22,858 nt of DNA from positions 152,838 through 175,695 of the forward strand of contig CAXIUT010000057.1 in the NCBI GenBank assembly GCA_964035545.1, given 5' to 3'. Each line of letters opens with the position of its first letter. The stretch's first letter is position 1. The position numbers and the translations under genes are program-made. Positions 1 to 9,650 of this stretch are shown piece by piece. The notes beneath the pieces are model-generated. The model made no database searches. It saw nothing but the letters and a program-made list of their open reading frames with translations, and had not been told where the DNA came from. Source of the DNA: Bugula neritina. Its lineage: Eukaryota; Animalia; Bryozoa.

Positions 1-134
1 CCCAACCCCAACCCCAACCCCAACCCCAACCCCAACCCCAACCCCAACCCCAACCCCAACCCCAACCCAACCCCAACCCCAACCCCAACCCCAACCCCAA
101 CCCCAACCCCAACCCCAACCCCAACCCCAACCCC
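1..134 (+). repeat. Left telomere, (CCCCAA)n
   Basis: Tandem C4A2 hexamers from base 1, with occasional 5- or 7-nt variant units, ending at CCCC|TAAACT. C4A2/G4T2 is the Tetrahymena-type ciliate telomere repeat. Confidence 0.98.
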
Positions 135-289
135 TAAACTACATATCGATGATAATTATCAAACCAAAATCCAAAATAACAAACTATAATCTTCTATAAT
201 TTATTTTATTAATAATGATGCTGCCTAGTTCTGCTAATCTAGTTATTTTTTCAATTCCAAAAAACAAGTTATAATATCTAATATTTGAT

Positions 290-960
290 ATGACTAAAAA
301 ACGTGAATAATCATAAACCCAACTGAAATTGGTATTAGTTGGTGATTCAGGAGTAGGAAAATCAAACATCATCTCGAAATTTACTAAAAATTAGTTCAAC
401 CTCTAGTCCAAAACCACCATAGGAGTTGAATTCGCAACCAAAATCATAGATATTTAAGACAAACCTGTCAAAGTACAAATATGGGATACCGCCGGACAGT
501 AACGATACCGATCAATGGCCAGCGCATACTACAGAGGAGCAATGGGAGCACTACTAGTCTACGACATCACCAGAGCATCTTCATTCTAAAACCTTTAAAA
601 ATGGCTAAAATAATTAAGAAACTACGCCAACGAAGATATCATCTGTCTGATGATCGGCAACAAAAGCGATCTCAAACAATACCGTTCCCTTAAATGTACA
701 AATATTTCTAATCAGATGAACACGGATAGTAACTCGCCTCAAAACATGGCATGATATTTATGTAGACAAGTGCAATGTAGGGACATAACATAGACAACGC
801 CTTTACGCATTTGATAACAGGTATTTTATATTTGATTATAGAAATAGCTAAAAAACAAAAATTAGCAGATAAATCAAAAAGTCCTAAAAGGGAAGTATTG
901 CAAATGACCAAAATCAATCACGATGCGTAGAAAAAGAAAAATAAATGCTGCTCAGGATGA
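290..960 (+). CDS. RAB11: Rab11-like small GTPase; introns 696-715 and 821-841
   Basis: With TAR=Glu: LKLVLVGDSGVGKS, FTKNEFNLESKTTIGVEF, WDTAGQERYRSMASAYYRGA, GNKSDL, FMETSA and a C-terminal CCSG prenylation motif, ending in TGA. The 20-nt intron is needed to keep frame; the 21-nt intron is inferred from Rab homology. Confidence 0.95.
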
Positions 961-1230
961 TATTTATTCTTAATTCGTTCTTTGTTTGATTTGTTATTTT
1001 TTGGAAATTTAAAAATATATATATATTTCATATAATTTGGTTTTTAGATATTCGATATGATAACATAGAGATTTCATGAATATTTTATTTATGATTAGAA
1101 TAATTTTGACAATTTGAGGCTAGAATTGTCAGTTATGGTTAATTGAGGTTAAAAGCAGTCAACTATAATTAATTTTATTCAAAAAAATAATCAGTTTTTA
1201 TAAATGGTAGTTCCAAAAGAAACAAATACA

Positions 1231-1809
1231 TCACATATCGAAGTAATCATCCCATTAGGGTTTATGAAACTATCCCATCGAATACACTGAACCCCGATCA
1301 TCCAGATCCCGTAGTGTAAACAAGTTATCCTCCTACATCTCTTCCGGTTCCAAAGCCCATCGCTGCCTAGAATCTCTCGACAAACAGTCCGCCCTCTCAT
1401 CCAATGATATCGACATCTCCTCTTTCTCCTCAACCATCTCGATATCCATATTAAAACACACCTGCTGCTTTTTAGGCATCCCCATCTTCTGCTCCTGCTC
1501 TCGAGCAGCTTTCTGCATGACTTCTAGATGTCTCGAAAAGGCAGAAGACCTCCTCGGCACTGCTGCAACCCGTTCCCAGCTAACTTTATCCACTTGCTGC
1601 TGCGAAAGATATTATTGATTGCCAATTTATTGTAGTAATCCTGGAGGGAGCATATTCTGGTTGAGGAAGGGGTTAGGTATTCGATAGTTTTATATTTAAT
1701 ATGAATCACGTCGAGATGAACGCTTTGAGGATCTAGATGAACGAGATATGCGCCTTGGTTCTTACTCGATCAGAGGTGAACTTTTTACTCTATTCAAGGG
1801 AATAGCCAT
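1231..1809 (-). CDS. Hypothetical protein, 192 aa, intronless
   Basis: Open ATG(1809) to TGA(1231) in table 30 (MAIPLNRVKSSPLIEEEPRR...KPEWDDYFDM). It contains ORF-track fragment 1333-1593 and is flanked by AT-rich spacers. No recognisable domain. Confidence 0.8.
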
Positions 1810-1864
1810 AGAAAACTATTCTATAAAATTAATGATATAGAATTGATATAGATGGCAAAATAAA

Positions 1865-3045
1865 TCACATGATTCTTCGATAAACAGTTGGCGATACTGC
1901 CTGTCTTCCCTGATTCTATGGTCTATATAGCAGACCTCGACTTGGTTTGACCATCTCTTCACTTGTCAATTTGTTCTGAACTGGTCTTTACTGCCTCGGT
2001 GATTTGCAGCCTTAGTTTTATTTTAAATTTTGATGGTTTTGATTGGCAAGATTTATCCTTGGTCTTGCCTTATCCTCAGATACAATTTTTCTTAATTATG
2101 GTGATTTTATGTCACTTCTTTCTTGCTTCAATTCCAACTTGCTCTTTGATTTTAACTGAGGTAACTTTTGCTGGATCATTTTAAGTATTCTCGGACAACG
2201 AATAGTATTCAATAGACTGATACTTCCTTCTTATGAACCCTGCATATATTGAAATACCGTGTCTTTGATCATTTATGCAGCTGATGGTCTTTCTGAACTC
2301 TTAACTTGAAGACAACTTCGAATCATATACCACAAACGACGAGAATATCCACTAGGAATAGGATCACAATATCCGCTATTAACTTTTTTACTCAATCCTG
2401 GAAAATCATTAGCCATGAAAGGTGGTCTTAGAGCTGCACACTCATACAACAGACACCCCAATGACCAAATATCACATTTCCCATCATAGATCTGACCGTT
2501 CCATATCTATGGACTAGTATAGTAAGGAGTACCAGCCTGAGTTGATGCGAATCCTCCATCAGCCACTTTAGATATATTCATATCACCTAATTTAGCAACT
2601 CCATCGACAAAAAACACATTACCTGGCTTGATATCTCTATGCAATATTTTACCATTATGAAGGGTTTTTAGAGCTTTCAGCAGATCATAGGCTACCTGCC
2701 ATATAAAATTTTAATTAAAATGCCCCTTCTTTTATCTTTTACGTGACACCAGACCCTAAATAATCAGACAAATACTGCCAAATCACCACCATTTGCATAT
2801 TACATCACTATACACAGACTGGTAGTTTTGTTGTCAAAGAAGGCATCATGATATGAAATAACGTTAGGTGAGCTGATGGATGCCAATAGACGGATTTCAT
2901 TGAGTGCACCATCGCGTTATTTATCACTCAGACCATTCATTTTGATGATTTTGATGGCAAGAAGAGAGTTGTTCTGGTCTTTTACCTGGATCACGCGACC
3001 GAAACTGCCACTGCCTAGTTATTTCACTGTCTAATATTTTTACAT
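1865..3045 (-). CDS. NIMA-related (NEK) Ser/Thr kinase, about 386 aa; intron 2756-2775
   Basis: MEKYETVKELGSGSFG, AIK, ALNEIRLLASI, LCIVMEYANGGDL, LHRDIKPGN, KLGDMNISK, TQAGTPYYTSPEIW, CDIWSLGCLLYECAALRPPF. LNEIRLLASI and GDMNISK are typical of ciliate/algal NEKs. Confidence 0.93.
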
Positions 3046-3165
3046 AGAAGAAAAAAAGAATATAAAGCAATAAAATAGAAATAAGAATCACTACTAAATA
3101 TAATTATTTTGATATTATCTTTTAAGTTGTTATATTAGAATATCTAAATGCAAAATCAATCATAG

Positions 3166-4242
3166 TCATAATTCAGACTATTATTTAATTATCTATGGAA
3201 TTGGCTATTTAGGTTATTAAATAACGTTTTATGGCATATAGGATGACTATCCGATGGTTTTTGCTTTATTACTAACAAACCATCTTAATTTATCGAGAGT
3301 AAAAACCATCCCAAAGACTCTTTTCTTACCATAGCATATCTACACCAACTAAGGCACCCTTCCAACCATTCTATCCCCCATTTCCTAAACCTAAACATCA
3401 TAAACCTTCACCACCCCCTTCTTCCTCTCCAACTACAACGCCTTCCTAACCAAATCAACATCACCAAGCGAACAACGCTCGCATCTCTTCGCATAAAAGT
3501 AAACAAACCCGCATCTATCACTACCCATCATCTACATCAACTAATTCCGACCGATATACTGATCACTACTATCCCAAGTAAATACATGTCGCTATAATTT
3601 ACCACCCAGATAGTTCGATACCTGCCTCTACACCTATTCCCATTTATATCCATTTCCACAAACATATTTATTCATTATTTTATCTTTCATCTATAAAATC
3701 CAACACCCGAACTGCCCGCCCATCATCTCATACAACACCTTGCTCAGATACGATGGATTTTTTATATAAAATATTCGCTTCTACTGATAGTTGACAACCC
3801 GCGATAGAATGGGCAAACTCTACTACTACAAAATAACAACAACCCATCCTTTTTCATCTTTTAGCAGAGAAACAATACTACTTATCATTCCACGTCCATC
3901 GTCTCTGTCAATAAGATCGTTATCCACCAAAAATCTATTCTCATCAATTTTTGTTATTTAAGAACTAGAAACCACATACAAACTTGGATACTCTGTTACG
4001 TTCATATATTGGCACAAGATCTGATCTTTGCTGCAATCTGTTATTCCAAGGTGTAGATCTGTGTTGGTAATGTTTAGATATTTCTGGGTAAAGGTTTGAG
4101 AATGAGGACATTCCGGGTTGTTCAGAAGAAGATGAAATGAAGTCAGGGAGCGAAGGACTAGTTGGATATTTGTTGAGGTTATTTCGATTATTCGAGAGGT
4201 TGCTAGCCAAAGGAGAAACAGACTCAATAAAAAAATCTTCAT
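3166..4242 (-). CDS. Divergent PDI/thioredoxin-fold ER protein, 358 aa, intronless
   Basis: Signal peptide MKIFLLSLFLLWLATS; first Trx-like unit (NPECPHS...DCSKDQILC...VTEYPSL); second unit FVYFYAKRCERC; C-terminus ...KEESEL, similar to KDEL. The frame is free of TGA throughout. Confidence 0.75.
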
Positions 4243-4307
4243 TGTTGTATATTAACTATATATATATGAGATTATTCAAAATATATAAATAAATAAAGCA
4301 GATAACA

Positions 4308-5174
4308 TCATTTATTACACTGATTACAAAACTACCCATAATCCGATATCATCCTCGTAGTATCAACAACACCTTCTCTATCACTATATCTCCCAAGATC
4401 GACCCACACTCCTTTCTATTTACACCTCATACAAAAAAACCTCACCCTCTCCCCCGACACCTCCTCACACCCAGCACACCTACAACCCCCACTAAAACTC
4501 CTATCTCTGAAACACTTGATTCGATGCTCGTTCAAACAAGATATATGAAAGACATGATGATTGGAACAATTCAACATTATTCTTGGCTGCTATCCATAGC
4601 GAGTAAAGGTAGAGCAATATGAGCATAGCTAGTTTAACCTTTTTTTTGCGAAGAAATCAGGACCCTACCACTTGGATAGCGATTGGTCTTGCTTTGCTGC
4701 GCGGATTGAATCGTTGTCCAAGATTGAACGAATTGGTTAGGGTGAGACCTTGTTATTACTTTGATATGGATTTTAGTTTTGAACAGGCATGTTGTTTTGG
4801 ACAGGCATGTTTTGAACAGGCATGTTGTTTTGAAAAGGCATGTTGTTCTGATAAACATTGTTCTGAAATGAATGATTATAGTATCCTGGCTCCTGCGGCG
4901 GAAGGCTACATCAACCATAATATTACTAATTCGGATGCGGCGGCAGAGGTTGAGGCGGCAATAGCGGAGGCTGCTGACTATTTCTTTGACTTCTTTGCCT
5001 ACACCGATAGATACAATATCCAATCGTCATGATAGCCCCAATGAAAACAACCCAGCCAAACCATCCTCCCCCATCAGATCGTCTCTCATCTCTCCAATAG
5101 TGAAAGAACTGGTGCTGTGATTTGAGACAGGTAACCGAAAGGATGAAAAGCAATAAAATTGATAAACGAATCAT
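4308..5174 (-). CDS. Signal peptide + single TM + Pro/Gln/Asn-rich linker + RING-H2-like finger (putative membrane E3 ligase), 281 aa; intron 4906-4926
   Basis: MIRLSILLLFILSVTC-LKSQH; TM WFGWVVFIGAIMTIGYCIY; QPPLLPPQPLPPHP; then CSYC...LNCSNHHVFHISCL...CAGC followed by further CxxC pairs (CMRC, CNQC). The 21-nt GT-AG intron removes an in-frame TGA. Confidence 0.8.
4777..4850 (-). repeat. Coding tandem repeat (15/18-nt units) encoding QNNMP[F/V] x4 in the RING protein linker
   Basis: Repeated (A/C)AGGCATGTT(G/T) units on the + strand translate on the minus strand to QNNMPFQNNMPVQNMPVQNNMPVQN. Confidence 0.85.
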
Positions 5175-5225
5175 ATGAATATTATATAAATAGTTAACTA
5201 TTACTAGATTGTAATATAGAGATAA

Positions 5226-5594
5226 TCACTCAGATGTATTTGGATTGTTTTTTGAGAAATCGGTTCTGTAGAGTGATTTCGGGGGGTAGTTTAGTCCTTA
5301 GTTATATCCGAAATTGTTTACATAACGAAGCGTATTTGTTTGACTATTTTTGTTCTATGATTATGAGTGTTTCTTTAAAAAGAGTTCATTCATCTGATTC
5401 TATAGCTGCTTTTGCTGCTATGCCGATTTGCAGCAATGATATCCGCAAATAATAACAAAAATTAACACAGCAATCAAGAAGACAACGATCGATATGAGCA
5501 AGCCTTCAGGTGTTTTTTTGAAGAGTTCATGCACCTCGTGAAGACAACTTGTCGATGCAATCAGAACTAGAAATATCAGAAGAGAATGGAACAT
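5226..5594 (-). CDS. Small single-pass membrane protein, 122 aa (CLHEVHE type)
   Basis: MFHSLLIFLVLIASTSC-LHEVHELFKKTPEG-LLISIVVFLIAVLIFVII-CGYHCCK, then an Asn/Tyr-rich tail. Intronless, ATG 5594 to TGA 5226. Shares CLHEVHE with the 6098-6462 gene. Confidence 0.85.
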
Positions 5595-5674
5595 ATTAGC
5601 TTAAGTACTTTTATATGATATATATATTTTTGAAAAATATCATAAGAAGCAATTGGATGCTATCAATGAGATCG

Positions 5675-6042
5675 TCAGGAGTTGAGATGGGAGTTGATTT
5701 GTTCGGGATGTGCTGAAGGCAAGTTATTTTGCTTGTTTTTGGCAATTTCGTTATCATGTATTAGATTTTCTTCTGGTATTTATTGAGTTTATCTTGGTAC
5801 TTCTTCCACTGGCATCAATCTATTTTGATCAATATTTACTCCTGTTCATCAGGCCAATCAGAAGCAATCATCAAATAGCACCATTCCCACCCTCTCCACA
5901 AAAAAATAAACACAATCACAGCACTAACAACAACAATCACCAACACTTCTCCAACTGTAGAAGCAATCAACTGCTTCTCCTTTAAACAACTAACCAGAAT
6001 CATCAAATTCCCTAGCATCAAGAGATGACTTCTCCTGAACAT
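5675..6042 (-). CDS. Small single-pass membrane protein, about 115 aa; intron 5820-5839
   Basis: MFRRSHLLMLGNLMILVSC-LKEKQLIASTVGE-VLVIVVVSAVIVFIFLW-RGWEWCY. Splicing the 20-nt GT-AG intron avoids the TGA reached by the unspliced frame and gives an acidic tail (ELMPVEEVPRETQEIPEEN...HLNS). The 3' exon frame is inferred. Confidence 0.72.
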
Positions 6043-6097
6043 ATCAATAAATAATAATTATTTTTGATAATGATGTTCTATATTTGGATGACTATTA

Positions 6098-6462
6098 TCA
6101 ATAATTTCTTTGTTGGTACTGATTGCCCTGATACTGATTTCCTTGGTTATACTGATTCATGGGATTATTTCCATAATTATTTCCATAGTTAGGATTGGCT
6201 CCGTAGTTGTTTCCATAGGTAGGCTCATTCAAAGGATTAGGCGTCAAATGTCTGCATAAAAAACAAACTACCCCTGATTCTGATTGGCACCACCAGCAGC
6301 CATACAGACAAGACAGCAACAGATCAAGAAGATAATAAGAGCAATCGAGAAGATAACGATGGCAACTATGTTACCAGCTTTGCTTCCACCAAATTAGTGC
6401 ACCTCATGGAGACAAGTAGCCGAGAAGATCAAAGCTAGGATGGTTAGCAGGCGCATGAACAT
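6098..6462 (-). CDS. Small single-pass membrane protein, 114 aa (CLHEVHE type) with N/Y/G/Q-rich tail; intron 6252-6271
   Basis: MFMRLLTILALIFSATC-LHEVHEFGGSKAGN-IVAIVIFSIALIIFLI-CCCLVC. The 20-nt intron joins this to HLTPNPLNEPTYGNNYGANPNYGNNYGNNPMNQYNQGNQYQGNQYQQRNY. Confidence 0.87.
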
Positions 6463-7567
6463 TAGATTTATGTTGATAATTATTAGATTTATCTAATCAT
6501 CAAAATCATTCAAATAAAATTATATTCATTATCAGTTTTATTTAATTTGTCAAGAGTATTATTGGATTATTTGGGTTAGATTATAGTTGTTGTCGACATC
6601 AAGATGAGGCTGTTATCGTTGTTTTATGGTAAAGGGCAAAATGGTAGTTTTTGTTCTTGATTTTGTTGTTTGAATGCTTTTTAATAATTTATCTATTCGA
6701 TTATGCTCATAAATAATCAAATAGATAAATATCTGAGAGCGATTTTAGTTATTTGGTACAATTCATCATAAATAAAAACAATTTATTTCATTTGAAATTT
6801 AAATAACATCTTAATTTACTCAATAAGTCATAATATTTAACAGTTAGTTCATCATTTTCTTTTAAATAAACTATTTTTATATCAAAATAATAACTAAAAA
6901 TTGAAATATCTATTTATTATTCGATCGTTCTATGACCTTTCACAATGCAGGAGGATATCAATATCCATATTACCATGTATAGTCATAATAAGATGATTTC
7001 TATTTATTCATCTCTTCATCATTCTTTCGATCACCTTCTTATAACTTTGCTGACTCCTATCCAACAGAATCAGATCGTGATTGACAGCATTAATTTGTAA
7101 TGACCCATACAATTAGTATGATTACCATGAAGTCAAGAATATAAGCAAGACAATAATTTATTATTCAACCTACGAAGCTGGTTTTATACAATATTCTGTA
7201 GTTGAGAAGAAGTTAATGAATGTAGCTAGTAGTCTAAGCATAGCTGAATATTTTATTTGCAGATAAATATTATAATAAATACTGAACCTAATTATTATAT
7301 CAAATTATTTTTATTAAACAATTGATTAAAATAAAAACTAACAATATATAGTCAAAAATTGAACTTATTCTTATGTTTTTTAGATGATTTAAAGAAGAAA
7401 TAAAAAATAAGAATATTTGAACTTTACTAAAAAATATTAATTTTCACATAATTTCTATAATTATATCGAACTAATTTAAGTAGATTATTGTTTGTTTGTT
7501 AATTCATACAAAAATAGAAAAATAATAAATTTCTATAAATATCGATCTTAAAAAATTAATCTAAAAA

Positions 7568-7837
7568 TCATATATTACTAGCTTCCATGTAATACCCCCC
7601 ATCGAGTTCGACATATATTCTTTCCTATCTGGTCAACTAAGAAACATAATAAGTCTATCGAGGACAAGGCTAGCAACAAAAAAAGAACCACAATAATACC
7701 ATCGATATCACGCCAAAAGATATTACCAATGTCTGAATAAAATTCCGACATTAAGAATCAGTAATTTTAGAATTATTATTCGGTATATTTTTAAGAGGAG
7801 AGACGATGACTAAGAAGAAGAGCAATATTGCTATCAT
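7568..7837 (-). CDS. Small single-pass membrane protein, 89 aa (LKNI/PCP/GGYYM type)
   Basis: MIAILLFFLVIVSP-LKNIPNNNSKITDSECRNFIQTLVISFGVISMVLLWFFF-CCEPCPRETYY...DGGYYMEASNI. Clear paralog of 8548-8850. Confidence 0.82.
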
Positions 7838-8547
7838 GAAGGTTTTGATAAAATTATTAAATTGATTTGATTGAAAATGGAAAATATATTTATGATAAAG
7901 ATGTTAAAAATAAATAAAAAAACTAACTAAGTAATTTTTATAATAAAATTATCTATTTTTTGAATATTTTATAATGTTTGAAAGTTTGAATTTACTTCTT
8001 TTTATTTATAGTTATAGTAGATTTTTATTATAAAAACAGTACTTTCTATGATAAATAAAATATAATTTTATTTACTATTTAAAGATAGTTAGTCTATGAA
8101 AGATAAGATCGTCTTTGAAATACTCAAAAATAAATACTTTTTAAAATTATTTATCAAGATAATAGATATTAATGTAAAACAATCACAAACTATTGGATAA
8201 GATCAAGTATAGTATCATAATATGTCTCAAAAACTATAGTATCACAAGTTTTAGTAATTAGTAAATCACCAAAAAGAAGCCTTCTCATTGCTTTTCTATA
8301 AAAAGTAAAATAAAAAAGAAAAAATATAGATTTCTGTTATCAAAACAAAAAATATCAAAAAAATCATAGAATAACTAACATTGTTAACAAAAATATTAAT
8401 AAACACTTAATATTAATACATCAATTCAAAATATTATCTTTTTATTTTTTCTTAAAAGCTCTCTTAAAGAGAAATCTATCAATCTAACTAATCTTCTTAC
8501 GAAATAAAAAAGATAAAAGACCATTTGAGGTCCTATTCGATAATTAA

Positions 8548-8850
8548 TCACATCATATACCCTCCACCATACATATAATACCCTCCATAGAAGTTAACAT
8601 GCCTCCTTCCCATCGATCGTCCATACTCCTCCTCCCACCGGTTCTCTTCCGGAGCATGAATCACAGTCGTCTAAGGACAAGGCTGAAAACAGACAGAATG
8701 ACATACATAGATAAACGATAGTATTCCCAAAGATACTACCAAAGCCTGCATAAATTACTTACCCGGATCTACATCACTAGAACTACTATTTGATATATTT
8801 TTGAGAGAAGAAACAGCCACCAAGAAGAGAAAGATGACTATTATGCGCAT
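8548..8850 (-). CDS. Small single-pass membrane protein, 100 aa (LKNI/PCP/GGYYM type)
   Basis: MRIIVIFLFLVAVSS-LKNISNSSSSDVDPGKEFMQALVVSLGILSFIYV-CHSVCFQPCPETT...FYGGYYMYGGGYMM. Shares LKNIxN, FxQxLVxSxG, PCPxT and GGYYM with 7568-7837. Confidence 0.85.
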
Positions 8851-8976
8851 ATTATTAATCTGATAAAAAATTAAACTATTTATCGCTTATTTTACTATAA
8901 ATATCATGAACGAATTCAGAAGTTTAGATTTAATATCATAATTCATAAAATAAATATTTGATAAATTATAATTCAA

Positions 8977-9613
8977 ATGCTCACAGAACGACAATTAAAA
9001 TAAACATAACTCGATTAACTCTACGACTGGGTCGACTCTTTTAACCTATCAAGACCTAAAAAGTATCAATGTTGGTATTGAAGAAATATCAGTCGAGATT
9101 TCAGTGATGCTATCATGATGGCATAAGTCGTCAACGAGTATTACCCTAAAACAGTTGATCTACATAACTATCCGCCATCCAATTCAGTCAAAGGAAAAAT
9201 CAACAACTGGAATACTCTCAAAAGTATCTAAAAATACAAATATAGATAAAGTACTCAATAAAATAGGATTGCACTTGGAAAGCTAAGATTGTCGAAGACT
9301 AAGCAACAGCGTACCGATGGCCATCTAAGCAGTCCTATATGAATTCAAATTATTGATAGACTAAAACAAAAGATAAAAAGAATAACAACAGAGAGACTAC
9401 CCTGACCCATTCGGCCTACCCACTCAACACCGCCCAGATTCCAAGCAAATTCCTCCTTTAGCATCAAAAATGTACACAACATCGAAGGTGTAGTAGTTAC
9501 GTTAGGTGCTATCTCTACTAAAAGAGAAGATATCACTGGTATAACATTCAATTGAGAGAAAAGATGCCCATATTCGTGAATTAGAGGATACTTTGAAGAT
9601 GTATTCTATTTGA
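8977..9613 (+). CDS. SPEF1: SPEF1/CLAMP calponin-homology microtubule-binding ciliary protein, 197 aa; introns 9063-9083 and 9224-9245
   Basis: LYDWVDSFNLSRPKKNISRDFSDA, AEVV...YYPKTVDLHNY..SNS..GKINNWNTLKNKVLNKIG and a C-terminal coiled coil (LSLLKEKISLVEHSIERKDAHIRELE) match the SPEF1 pattern. Confidence 0.92.
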
Positions 9614-9650
9614 TATGAATATTAATATTAACGTGGATTGAATTCATATC

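Noticed and set aside
2240-2257. Possible 18-nt intron GTATTTCAATATATGCAG in the NEK gene
   Set aside because: It is in frame, stop-less (VFQYMQ) and shorter than every other intron here. It cannot be called without RNA data.
2565-2595. Kinase DFG replaced by DMN, suggesting a pseudokinase
   Set aside because: GDMN/GDLN is normal in this NEK subfamily, and the Lys, HRD and Mg-binding Asp are intact.
4619-5032. ORF-track entries 4619-5032 (+, 'FEQACC' repeats) and 4634-5023 (-)
   Set aside because: Antisense and off-frame shadows of the RING gene's QNNMPV repeat.
8096-8660. Long + strand open frame (MKDKIVFEILKNK...)
   Set aside because: Very AT-rich, no motif, and it overlaps the well-supported minus-strand gene. 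Long frames arise by chance when TGA is the only stop.
4900-9090. UGA readthrough or context-dependent stop in the RING, 5675-6042 and SPEF1 genes
   Set aside because: Each apparent in-frame TGA is removed or bypassed by a canonical 20-21 nt GT-AG intron.
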